From: Raillietiella orientalis
Taxonomy: Eukaryota
DNA: 64,000 nucleotides
Assembly: GCA_036172245.1 (NCBI GenBank)
Contig: JAYWIR010000004.1
Span: 1,798,001-1,862,000 of the forward strand
Reading direction: 5' to 3'
Part shown: positions 22,505-35,026 of the stretch, one piece after another
How positions within the stretch are numbered: the first letter of the stretch is position 1
Layout of the letters: the number at the start of each line of letters is the position of its first letter
Translations under genes and position numbers: made by a program
Notes under the pieces: generated by a model
Databases searched by the model: none
What the model was told of the DNA's origin: nothing
The model's input: only the letters and a program-made list of their open reading frames with translations

Positions 22505-25500
22505 GTTTTTTTTCATTTAATTCAATTTTTAAGTTTAATTAATTATTTAGTATGCTGATGAAGTGATGAAAATTGTTAACAAAGTTTGACATTGTTTTGT
22601 ACCATTGCCTTGCATATTCTTAAGTATGTTTCCTTGACCCACAAGTAAGTTTTATTCAAAAGACTTGTACACATGGTATTAACTAAGAAAACATAAGTCA
22701 AGGCTGTCGATTTACTGAAATGATGTAATAGCCCTCACAATGTGTGGGAAGCAGTGATAAGTTTATGGGTATAACAAGAAAAAGTCTTGAAGTAAGGAAA
22801 CATTTCTCGAACGTCAAAATGATTTTTAACTGGTATGGTTTGCAGAACCAGTATTCACGTATGTATCTGGACAAGACCAGGCTTAAAAAAAGAACTGCAA
22901 TGCAGAGATTGATTCCAGATTGTGCCACAACACGGAATCATCTGCTGCAATGAAATCTGCATGGTGTGCACATACCTGTATTAATACTTGAACCGGAAAT
23001 AATCTCTTGATTAACCGCTGGTACAAGAAAAAATTTGTTTCCAACATTTTCTTTAGTCACCAAACAAGCATACAATGTCTACCAATATGGAATTGCATTC
23101 AGTGATAACATGTTTATTTTCAGTATTCCTATATTTTGTTTCGTCCGGGGGTAAGTTTCTTGCGCCCGTGTTTTAGATGAGGAATTTTACACCAAAAAGT
23201 AAGTGTGAATGAATTCGGCAGGGCAATTATGAAAAACAAAGGAAACCCATCTTCTGCAACAATTCTGAAATTTTAGCAACGCGATTCTTGAAAGATCCTT
23301 GAAATTTGCCAAGGTTTGAATTTGATTGCACCTTGTGGGTGTAAAATCGATTAAATACAACTGAAAGCACAAAACTGTCAGTTTTATTTGTAAATACAAC
23401 ATTTAGGGTTCGTTCCGTTCACTTGAGCAGGTGCCTACTGTATTACTCGACTTAAGATTCCTTTTCTAGATTTAACAACCATTACAGATATTCCGGAGTT
23501 CATCACAGAATTTAGAAGTTACTACGAACGGTTTAATCAGGGGAAATTAGACGGCATAAAACACCAACACACCTTAGATTTGCATGTTCCAGAGTTGCCA
23601 GCACAACGCACACACAAGTTTAGATGCATGCATTCGAAACTCTAAGAAAATAAATTTCTTCCCGTTACATGTTGTGCTAGCCAGCTGTAGTGTAGTCTGC
23701 CGATAGTCTCCTTGCTCGAGAAGCACATTTAAAAAGTCAATGAAATAACCTATTCATTTAGCTGTCGATCTCGGAGAGCTTTTTCCGTAGTTTGTACCTC
23801 TGAGTGGTATACGAGTGGCCATCACTCTTAGCGTTGATTTATTACATTCTTCTCCAGAAATCAGCAAGCTACAGCAAGCTTAACTAGCTGGACTTCAGTA
23901 ATGGAAGCTTGGTATTTGTTGAGGAAGCATTGCTCTCCGTTCGTGACCATGTCATTTTTTTTTTTAAATCTGTTTCAAAGTTGCCGGTCAAGATTTTGCT
24001 TTTTCGTTATGCAGTCGGTGTTCTTTCCATTTTGTTTTTTATTACCATTGATAACACAAGCTAACAAGCAGGAACTTGAGTTGCTTTTATGTATTTTTGC
24101 CCTGAATAAGTTCTTATGAAATTCATCTCAACTTGGTCGAATGTTACCAATAATCCTGCAAAATCTATTAAAGATTTGTTAAATTATCCTCAACAGAGTA
24201 AAATATTGTGTGCGTTTTTTTGATTCCACACTTTTTTCAAGTGTGCATTATTTTTTATTTCAAAATATGTTTGTCTGTCATTGGAACGGGTGTAAAACAT
24301 TAGCATTTAATGCTCTTCCTTTCCATATTGTACAGCATATAGTATGTGCCATATTTTCGGAGTATGAATTGAACACAATGAAAATCTCTAGTATTTAAAG
24401 CATGCAGTCTTAGAGAAGCCTCGAAGACACTGATATTTATCTTGAGAAGTCTGCGCGATGTCGCATACAATGTATATAACGTTGGGAATCGTATGTTTCA
24501 GGGCTGAGGCTAGGGAAATCTTGCAGTATTGGCAACAAGTTTGTCGTCGATTTTTGCTTTGTTCCCAAAACAAAGGTCACAATTATGCCGCGAACCGGGA
24601 AAACAAAGAAGCTCCCTTTCCCCACTTTTGAGTGCATCCTGGAAATGCATTACAAAGTACCTGTCTTGGGCTTATAGGTTTGCTTACTGTAAGCTTCCAT
24701 TTTCATTACCAGTTAAACTTGGTAAGAATGCTAGAAATCTTTTACTCGAAAAATTGAATGCTGTCAAAGTTTATTGGACCTCCCATTATAATTAATTTTT
24801 CTTAGCGTTATAAATTGCTCTGCAAAAATTTCAAAGTGGGTGGATCTGCGTGTGATCTTTGTATCTCAAATGTGACCCTGATCTAAAAAAATTTATATGA
24901 AAATTTGCTATATAATGTGTTTTTTTTAATCACATAACAACTTGCATAGCTGTGATTCATGACTGATTCAAAAATCACCTACTCTGAAGAGAAACTCATT
25001 AAATAAAGGAGTAACTTATGACCATGCATACGAAGGACCATGAGAACTTTGATGCACTGAAAATGAAAATTTATTCTACTCAACCAAGGAGACAACTGGT
25101 CTGAAATAGATGATGAGTTCGTTTCTACTACGAATTTACATTGAAGTTGACTGCATTATGCGGAAAACTGCTTTGTGCTTCATGATTTATAATTTTGCTG
25201 CTGAATTTCTGAGCTTTAAGAGATAATAGCGAATGGAGCATTTTGGAAGGATATGAAAAAAAAGACGAAACTTTGGAAGAGTTTTTATTTTTGATCGCAG
25301 TTTAAAATTAAAAACCACCTTCCAACAGATAGTATTGTAGGAATACATTTGGTACAACAGTATATGTGGCATGTAAATAGGAGCACGTATCTGCCTGTAC
25401 ATTTTTCTTTGTTGGGAATGGCTTTTTGACCGAACGCAAATGCGTTTTGCTTTTAATGTGGGGGAGAGACGTTTCTTCGTGTAAAGCAAACACACCTAAA

Positions 25501-27504
25501 CAGATTTGGAGAATTTTGGCAGAAAAAGAAGGATGAGAAGGACAGAAATTTCAATTGAGGTGACGCGAAACAAGAAAATTCCCAGCGAGCATGATGCTGT
25601 TTTCCGGGAAAACGAGGTTCATTTTTTTAAAGAACACAGAAGCTGTTGAGAACCCTGAAAACGAATATCTGACATTTAAACAGTGTCCTATAGACTTTGT
25701 TTCAGATTGGAAACCGACAAAGTTTCCATGAAATCACAGTGTCTTCTAGCAGGACCTCTGTACATTTAATGATAATTGTAATAATAATAAAACTCAGCGT
25801 TATTTCTGTGGGCTGAATGTAAAATGCTCAAATGAGTCGGAAAGCAGGCAAGTGAAGAGTGCAGACAAGCAGATCAGCGTGGAGTTCAACCCCAAATCCG
25901 CCTTTGTGAATCGAGAGCAAGCTGTAATCTGCATTTCCGATGTGCATTTGAACCAGAACGGGCAATAAAGATTCGTGGCTGGAAACCCTTGGCTTTCTTC
26001 TACACAGGAGCTCTTTGTCTTTCTAGAGTTTGTGATGCCTTGCTTTTCTTTTTCTTTCTTTCCAGTAGGGACTTGTAAACGCTCATCTTTCGGTACAAAA
26101 TAAACTCTTCAGCAGCGGTTATTGTCGATTGTGTGTTCAGTGTTTTTTTTTTATTTTCTAACTGATTGACTTAGTCGGCTGATGCAGAGGATTTCATGTT
26201 CTGCAGGTTTCACGGTCTTCGTGTGTCAACAGAGCTTCAAGCTGATGGTTTCAAAGTCTCACGGATTTTGGAGGAGGGGATGTGTTCTAGCCTCTGGCAT
26301 TTCTTTTAATTTTTTTGTCGTGAAAGCTTTTATTTTCTTTTTCAGTGGGAAACCATCTTCTCGAGATAGTTGCCATGTTCTACTTCTTTTGTGCCTGGGA
26401 CGCAGACGTAGCAACCGGAAAATTCTGTTCGGCTTTGCTTTTCTGTTCAGATTCTGGTGCTGGTAAAAAAAATAAAAATAAAATCCCATCTCTTATGTTT
26501 GGGAAGCACACATCAGGGTTTTTATTCGAGGGAGGGAAATGCGGAGGTGAGAGCTTGAAAAAGAACGTAGGAAACACGAGCTGAGATGCGTTTCGAAACC
26601 GTTTTCCAAAACGTGGCTGCAAATCACGAAAGAGGAAAAACCCTGTCCTTACACTGTAGCATTCCACTTTTGTGTGATAAAGTGTGCGCCATGTATCTTA
26701 GCAGCACTTTTTGGCCACATTATCTTCAGAGTGAATTCTGATTTGGAAAGTTGTTTGCAGGAAATTCGCTTCTGCATCCTGATGCAGTTGAGAGTTTGCC
26801 TTCATTATCTCAGACTGAGGCGAGGAAAGTAAGATGAAAAGCAGGATAAGCTACTCCATTAGGGAAGAGAACACGTCAATAGTCTGCTCAGTTTTTGGCG
26901 ATGGGAGAGTTAGGCTTGAGATTTTGCCTTTTCGAATTCAAGAGAATACCGAAATTGCTCTTCTGCCTTTCGAAGCATTTATAAGCCTATTCGTCATTGC
27001 TGATCCAGCCCCCAGAAAGGCAACTTACATGATTGCGTTGCGGGAGCATTTTTCCTCTTTCTTTGCTTCACCTCCCTGCAGTATTTGCTCATTTCGACAT
27101 GGTTATTCCCTGGCTCAGTTGGCGATCTGCTGAAAATCTCGTTCCCGTAACACCAAGGATAGTCAAAGCCTTCTACAAGGAATCAAACGCTCCATTCCAT
27201 TTTTCGCAAGAAAGGCTTTAGAAAATCTCAGCTTTTTATCCATCGATCGCAATCGTAGGGCTGGGACCTTCTGGTCTCCCGTTTGGAAAATTTTCGTTCG
27301 TCTGTCCTCCTCTCCTTATCTTCGCATCGACGCCACTCGGCTGCTTTGTGCTTTCCGTTGGAATCCCCGGTTGAGCTACACAGCAAAGAGTGTGAGCAGA
27401 AAAATGTCATCGACAGGACCAGACGCGTATCTCCGTCGCTTCGTGGAGGATGTGAGCAGGTAGAAATCCCTTCCTTTCGATAGAATTCTTCTGTTTCTCT
27501 GCTC

Positions 27505-28190
27505 CTTCTAGCTTTTTGTTCTCTTTTCGGTTTGCTAAGTACTCGAGAGCCTAGGGGCTCACGGGACTCTTTAACACTGTTCCACGTGTCACCCGAGGGT
27601 GCGTGTAACTTTTCAAGAACGAGGAAGAGGGAACTATGTATCCAGGAGGGATTCGGAAAGAGACTTCCGTTCTTATCCGTTCCTCTTATTCTTGAGAGAC
27701 AACCTCGAAGAACCACCTTTCCTCTCGTTCCCTCCAGAGGGACTCTCCGATTTGTGGGGGCCTCTACCCATTTAATCTCCGGAGGGACCCTCGGGAAAGA
27801 ATTGACTCCTTGTTTCTTCCTCTGAAGAGAACCCGGAAGGGACGCTTCCGAATTTTCTCTGAAGGGTCGCTCTCCGAAGGGAGCAGAGAGCCTCTTCCCA
27901 CTATGGAGAGGTACTATCAATCCACCAACTCCGGAGGTACCCTCCGCAGATGAAGGGGGGGGGGGGTATGTCTCCTTTGCACAACCGGAGGAGAACCACG
28001 AAGGGAATCGGGCTCCTTGATTCTGTTTCCTAGAAGGACCCTGAGGGTCGACTCCCAATCCCGGACACTCATCGGGGCATCCGGTTTCGCTTTCTGGCTT
28101 TCACCAGTGCCGCACCTGGAGCCCATGGGTCAACCGGCGTCATATTGGACCTCGAAACCCAGGGCGCACCCATTTGTCGGCATCCATCTT
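27505..28190 (-). mobile_element. SINE-like copy lacking the tRNA head, with 3' end and A-rich tail
   Basis: Central domain at 28010-28190 and body at 27600-27990. Its 3' end ggtttgctaagtac matches ggttcgctaagtac at 28911 and is preceded by a T-rich run (an A-tail on the minus strand). Confidence 0.75.
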
Positions 28191-28871
28191 TTGTTTTCAC
28201 CCCGTCACGCCGGTCCGTTTATCGTAAAACAAGTGGACGCTGACCAAGGGAAGAGGATGGATGCCGCGATGGACATTGGGTCAGAGCGGAGTGAACAGAC
28301 GGCGTGATGCTGCAGCCACCCATGCCGAAGAAGGAGGAGGAGGCACGCCAGGAAAGAGACTTACCGGTCACTAGTTTTTGCTAACACCAGGCACTACAAT
28401 CGGGATAAAAAGATGATAGGGAGGAAGGATAGGGAAAGGTGGAGTGAAGGCAAGGAGAGGACCGTGTGAGGAAAAGATATTTACAAAAACAAACAGTCAT
28501 ATAAAATATAAAAAAAAGATGCCTTTTTTCGTGGTGGTTTCACACCACCGCTAAGAAGGGAAATGCCTCTGGGGTGCTGCTTCTCCTGAGCAGCTCCCCG
28601 ATAAGGTCCGCATGGGAGAGGTAGGGAAAGGAATTAACAAGAAAACGAAAAAAAAAACAAAGTTCAGGTTTAAAAATATTTGGGGAGAAGGGAAGGGATC
28701 GTAGATCCCTTCCTGAGGAGAAAGCTCCGGAGGATGTTGGCAACTTCCCCCTTTTTTTTTTTTTTTTTAAGGCCAGTAGTGACCCCCCACGAGGAGATCG
28801 TTACTATTGGCCTAGGACGATGGAAATCCTTGAGTTCTTCTTTTTCTTCTGACTTCGCTGTTTTCCTTCCA

Positions 28872-29830
28872 GCTTTTTTTCTTTTTTTTTTAAGAGTTTT
28901 CTTTTTTTTGGTTCGCTAAGTACCTCAGAGCCGGTCGCGTGCCTCGCGGCGCGCGTGGCTCTTTTTAAACATTAACACACTGTTTTGTTTCGACGCCCCT
29001 CCGCCCGCGGCAACCCGCAGGGGGGCATGTAATTCTTCAGTGTAATTCTTCAGGATAGGGGACACCCCGGGATGGGGGTCCGCCCTATGAATCCAGGAAG
29101 GGCTCGGAGTCCGCATTCCTCTCACGCTTGGCGAGGGATCCCCCCGGACGGGGGGATCGCACCTCCCACCCTGGTTGTCTCGAAGGGAATCTCCTTCCTC
29201 ATTCTCTCCGGAGGGACCCCCCTCTAATGGGGGGTGGTCCTCTCCATTTCAACTTCTCCGAAGAAATTCCGGAAAGGATCCGCTAGCAGGAATTTCTTCT
29301 CCGGAGGGAACCCGCAAAGGAACCGCTCCTGTTCACTCCTCTGAAGAGAACCCCGAAGGGACGCTTCCGAAACGCAGAAGGGGCACTGCAGCTTCCCGCA
29401 GCGAATCGCTCTCGCTTGCTTCCTTGTGCAGTGAAGAGGCGACGACTCGGAGGGTCCCCCCCGCAGCGGGGAGGGTCCTCTCCTTTGAACAACTGGAGAG
29501 GTGCCCGTGAGGGCTCCTGCTCCATCTTGGAGCCGGAGGGGTCCCCCGGTGGGGGGGTCCGCTCTCCGTTGTACGACCGGAGGGGGAACTCCCCACTCCT
29601 TGATTCCTGGGAGGACCCGAAGGTCGACTCCCATTGTTCCGGCCTTCATCGGGGGCCTCCGGCTTAATCCACCGCCGGAGCCACGCCCGAATGTCTCGGC
29701 CAACCAGCGCCATTGCAGGAGAAACTCGCAACTCGACGACGCAGTGGCGTCAGAGTTTCTGCCGAAGTATTCGAACCCGCGACGCATGGTGCCACACGTG
29801 GAAGCCTAAACCACAAGGCCTCCGACGAGG
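28872..29830 (-). mobile_element. Near full-length (~0.95 kb) tRNA-headed, A-tailed SINE-like retroposon
   Basis: On the minus strand: head with cgcGGGTTCGAATac B box (about 29765-29785), central domain (29590-29730), GC-rich body, then ...cttagcgaacc followed by an A-rich tail (aaaaaaaagaaaactcttaaaaaaaaaag). Confidence 0.8.
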
Positions 29831-31849
29831 GCCTTCCCCCTTTTGTCGGCAGAGATGTGGCCATCTTGTCTCCTTCCTCATGAAAGAACAGAGAACTGCG
29901 ATGACCTCGTCGTTCGAATGGCCTCGTTCCAACGCAGTCCAACAACAGGAGCGGGAAGGTTTTCCGTTTCCCGCATCTGGCACAATCTGAGGCCACACTC
30001 CCCCTCGTCCACTAGTGGACTAGTGCGTTGCATGAGATCATCCAGTGCAACTGCAATGCCAAGTCCAGCCATTTCAGGGAAAGCGTGGAGCTGTCCACGA
30101 ACTCTGGGGAATTTTTGTCTCTCCAGAAGGAATGTCCAGCAGTTGCAACCAGAGACGAATTCCTTTGGGGAGGGCGGCGGGGATGCATGCGTCAGTCAGT
30201 TGATTCGCCGTCCGGCATCCCGGCTGCTCCTTTTTTCCCGCGACCTCGCGGAATACTTCTCATCTCGCAAGGCCTTCGCTATGACCAGTTTGTTGAATTG
30301 TGTTGAGCGCGGCTGCAAGTGGGGTGTTCAGTGTCCGGATGGTCTTCCTTGGCATCGATCTTTTATAGGAATCCACAACGCTCGTTACCACGCGCGGAAG
30401 ACCGTAGCCACACAGCCGTCAATGCGAGCAACTTAAGGAGGTTCCCGTCGAATAATAAATCGCGTGCGTTCACCTCCGCTGTTTAGTATTCTTGGAAAAA
30501 TAAGGACGCGACCAAGGGATAGGATCCTGGAATTGTTTCTAAGCTCCGCTCAAACACTGGTGTATATCATAGCGCATTTTATGGGTTCCGCCATTTTATA
30601 TGCTGAAAAGCTCTTCGCTGAAAGTACTCATGGTTGGCTTTGATTTCACTTATCTTATGAAGTGCCTCCCCGGCCATTTCGTCTTCTGAAACTTCAGTGT
30701 GAAAATGTCTGTGCGCAAGTTTAGAGTGAGGGCAACCGTGGTACTTCTAGTTAGGCACGAAGACTTGGAGCTGTTGTAGTACACGTAACGCTGTTCTTGT
30801 AGTACAGAGAAGTGCTGCTTCTTTGACTTGGTTCAAAAGAGAAACGCGTATATGGAAGAGGAGCTAGTTCTAATTAGTCAGTTGAATGCTTTGGCGGTAC
30901 GAAGAAAACATGTGGTTCCCTGGATGCTGAAAGTGAATCACCTGGACGCGCGTGAGCTGCTCACTGGTGGTCCGACCATGCTGCTGCTCAGTGAAAAACC
31001 GCGCAGTCAAGTGGTCCAACGTTCCAGATGCAGCATCGCAAGTAATAATCATTGGATGAGCATCTTTGTGGGCAAGAATTTGACTCTTCTGGAAATTCAG
31101 ATTGTTCGAAGCATAAACTGAGTGACCCAATGGGATGGATAAGAGGACGGGCGAACCTTTTGCAGGAAGATTTCTGAATCGGCACGGGAGCTTTACGATA
31201 CCCTCACAAGTGCGGACTCTTTGATAAAAAGAGGTCTTCTGGGCTTTGATCCGAGGTTACTCCGATTGCACTGACTGAAATCGTGACTAACGCAGCAGAG
31301 TCACCCAATGAGTCTTATGCACCGCAGAGGTGAACATTTTTTTTTTTTTTTTTTTGCGATCTTCCTAATTTTACAGGTCTCAGTCTTTGAAAACGCGTTT
31401 TTGTTGCCTTTTTCACGATGGACCTGAATCATAGCACCAGAAATCAGCTTTGGACCTTTTCTGCTCCTTTTTTTATATTCATCACAGTCTGGGTTGCATG
31501 AATTCCTCGTCCTTTACTTTTCCACATTTCGCTGCGTCGTTTTACGGAAAAGCAAAGCAACAAAAAAAAAGTGAAATTAAGGTAATGAAGTTAATGGGAT
31601 CATCATCTACACAATGGGTCCTTTCATGTATCTTTTTTTTATCCCCAGTGTAAGAGATGACAACTGACCTTTTTTTCCCACTTGTTTGGATTTCTGGGTA
31701 TGGGGTTGAATTTATGTGCTATCGATGACAATGCGGGTTGATGGATGATGACAAATGGTGATGACTGTTAGGAAAAGGAAGCAGGTGAAATAAGTACGGC
31801 GATTTCTTTGAGAGAAAGAGATAAGCGGACGAAAACCGAATGGGCAAAA

Positions 31850-34100
31850 CGCGGTAGCCACGGCGTCTGAGAACTTGGAGACAACAAAGGGTAAGATGTT
31901 TTCCAGGATGTTTTCGTAGTGGTTGAGTGTTGCATCAGATACTCCATTCGCTATCCGCGTTTGACGCTGAAAATCGAAATGCTCCCGGTCCTTCTCAGAA
32001 ATACGGTGATCTGCCAACTTTGGTCCCCTGAGAAGGTATTCATTTCTTCCTCCTAACTTCGCTCTTTATTCAGAGTTCTTCGAGAGTCTGGGATACTATA
32101 ATGTGCCTTAGGACCACCGGTTTGGCCAAATTCGCACTGTGCTTCACGGCTTCCAGCTTCTGGACGAATGCTAGGAATGATTCCGATAGGATGCTGAGCT
32201 TTTCATTTTATTCCATTTGTGAGATAGCATTATTATGGAAATAAGAACTGTCCTCATTGGCACTTCAGAAGGTGCTATCACCATCGATTTTCTCGGTTTC
32301 AGTTTCATTTATCCGCAACCAGATGCTAGCGAATTCATCCCGTAAAAAAGAGATAGAGAGATTTACTGCTTCTTGGAAGGAAGGAAAGAGCAGATTTCAT
32401 GGCTAGCCTTGTGCATGCACGCCAAACACTTAGCAGAGTTAGGGATGCGGGACTGATAGAGTAATGATATGAAAAGGATCTGCAACGTGGAATTTTTTCC
32501 CTTCCAGCATTCCTGGATAAGAGAACCAGTCACGAAGAGATTTTTTTGTTTGTTTGTTTGTAAAAACTGTTGAGCTTGAATTCCCCTTTGCATAGAGAAT
32601 GCCTTCTTTCATAGGTATTCTTCCGTTCTCTTCCATTTGGATTTGATTCTTTTTGACGGTGATTGCAACGTATACAGTGAAGTCATCGATAAGATATTCA
32701 AATGCATTCGTTCGTGATTTGTCTAACTGAAGCTCTCTCTCTTGGACTGTCTGATTCCATTCACAAGCTGAGATTTTGGGTCTGATCTTCTTTACTTGTT
32801 GATTTTGATCACAGCTTCTAGGGCAAGAACTGTCGATGTATGATGACCTATAATCCAATCATTTTCCTTTAAGCAAATCCGGTGAGAATTCTATCCGGTC
32901 AACAGCTCTGCCAGGTCGTTAACAAGTAATCAATAATAACAGCACTCCATTGCTTTCTGTAATTTAATACTCTCAGAAAGTCAGAAGACCTCACGACCCC
33001 AGGAATTCCAGAATACTGAACGATTTTTTAGAATATCTTTTAGACGATTTCCGAAAAGATATTTTCCGCTCTTGCGGATTTTTTTTTTTTTGCATAGTTA
33101 GGCAGTGACGACCTAAGTAGATGGAAATGGAAGTGTGAAAAAACTTATTGGACAATTACTCTCGTCTCGAGTGACTAGACTGAAACGAAAAATTCATTTC
33201 CGTATGAATTCATTTTCTCCCTGAAAAGCTTTCTCCAAAATCGAAGACGTCCTTCTGTATCAAAATATCGCTGAACTATAGACACTCTGGTGTGTTCATT
33301 CTGAATATTCTCTTGCTGTTACGATCTTGCACGTTGACTTGAAGAGCAGCCTCAAACAAACATCAGGATGGTGGAGAAATCCTCATGGAGATTTCTCCAT
33401 GGTGTGCTAATTGCGAGCCTTAGTAGGTTTCCTAATGCATTCGTCATCTTCGTCGTACCCTACAGCAGCTCCTACTGGCATTTCCCACAACCGGCTTGCT
33501 CTCAAAAATTGATGGTATTTGCAGCTTGCAGAATCCTTGCTTGTGTACTGCTTCTCTGTGCATTCCAAACTCACACCGTCAGTACTTCGATTCTTTGCAA
33601 TCACTACAAATGGTCTTTCCGATCAAATTTCCATCAGGTCCTCTTGACTTGCTCAAGTGGTTCACTCATTCCTTCTCTCATTGCTTCTTCCCCCCGATAT
33701 TTTTCTGTTGCATCAGTTTCAGTCGGAAATCAATATTTTGTCATTAAGATATAAGAGAAGATGATGAAAGTAACAGATAATAAGGTAAGCATCATCGAAA
33801 TGGCTGGCGATCCTTGTAAAATCGGTTCAGAGGTGGATGTCGTACTACTCAACTTGTCTTCTTGGAACCCCTTCATAGATATAATCTTGATCAGCAATCT
33901 TTTGTTCATACCCAAGACACCCGTTTCCGACCAAATTTTGAAAAATCAGTCGACAAAGAAATAAGGAGATGACAGGAAAGGAGGCACATTTGTGCCCATC
34001 AGCGAAAACACCATACAAAGCTAGAAGACATCAGCCAATAAGAAAAATCCCTCCCATACCAACAGCAAGAAAGTTAAAAGTTCTCTTCAATTAGAATGTC
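31850..34100 (-). pseudogene. Possible decayed coding sequence of unknown family
   Basis: Minus-strand frames give protein-like E/K/S-rich text broken by isolated stops and frameshifts (e.g. RINETETEKIDGDSTF*SANEDSSYFHNNAISQME*NEKLSILSESFLAFVQKLEAV...; LADHRISEKDREHFDF...YENILENILPF). No family recognised. Confidence 0.25.
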
Positions 34101-35026
34101 AGGACACATGGCATGACGTTTGCTCTTGATTTTGGAGAACAGAGAGAGAGTTGTCACTAACACCCTGTTTGACTGCTGCAACAAAATAGTATCAGAAGTG
34201 AAAATTAGTGCAAATTAGTTGTAAAATCTTTAGAAAGAAACTTGGATTTAGATTCTATCAGCAACAGTCATGACGGCCGCACTGCATATGAATGGTATCT
34301 CCCACTGTGGTTCGCCATATAAGAAACCTTTTGACATTGCACATTCAGGTCGGTCGCATTCTCATCCACAATCAGACAACGGAATCAGTGGATGCATATG
34401 CAATCTATGTGGGACGCTCATCATCCTACAGAGTTGCTGGGCACAGGCTCCGCAAACAAGTATCATTCAAAAATTAAAGTGTAGAACATGTCCATCTTTT
34501 CTCAACTGTTGCTTGGCAATTCATCACTATAATGAAGCGATGCGTCAGCATCTTATGAGGTGTTCCAAGCATGCCGTGAGTACCATTCAGCAAGTCTGTT
34601 TCTACTCGTGGAGTTTTCTGGATGGCTGGTGTCATGGAAAATGATGGAATATGTGAAGAAACTGATGTGGAAACCAGATTTAACAGGGAAGAAAATGAGA
34701 AAAGGATAATTCTTTGTCTTGAGGAATGAAAAGTTATTAGCTGGCGAAAGATGTCTGTCAGTAAAAAATGGCAGCAAACCGAAGATGCATACCAACCAGA
34801 GTTTGGGCCATGCCAAGGAAAGAACAATCCTGTTTGCTTATCTTGTTTCATGAAAACAGGATTTCATTGCTAAGACTTTGAAACTTTCGGCTGAAATGGT
34901 AAGCCGCCTCAGGAATAGACGACAAAACAACACGGTGCATGTTGCAATATGTATTTCTGCAAATAGCAGTTGAGAGTGCCATTTGGCTTTGTCAAAATGT
35001 TCTTGCAGATCAGAAGGAATTGTGCT

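Noticed and set aside
22698..25000. Convergent minus-strand gene downstream of CCT7
   Set aside because: A few exon-like pieces exist (e.g. VQSNSNLGKFQGSFKNRVAKISELLQKM at about 23250-23330), but no phase-consistent model or known family could be built.
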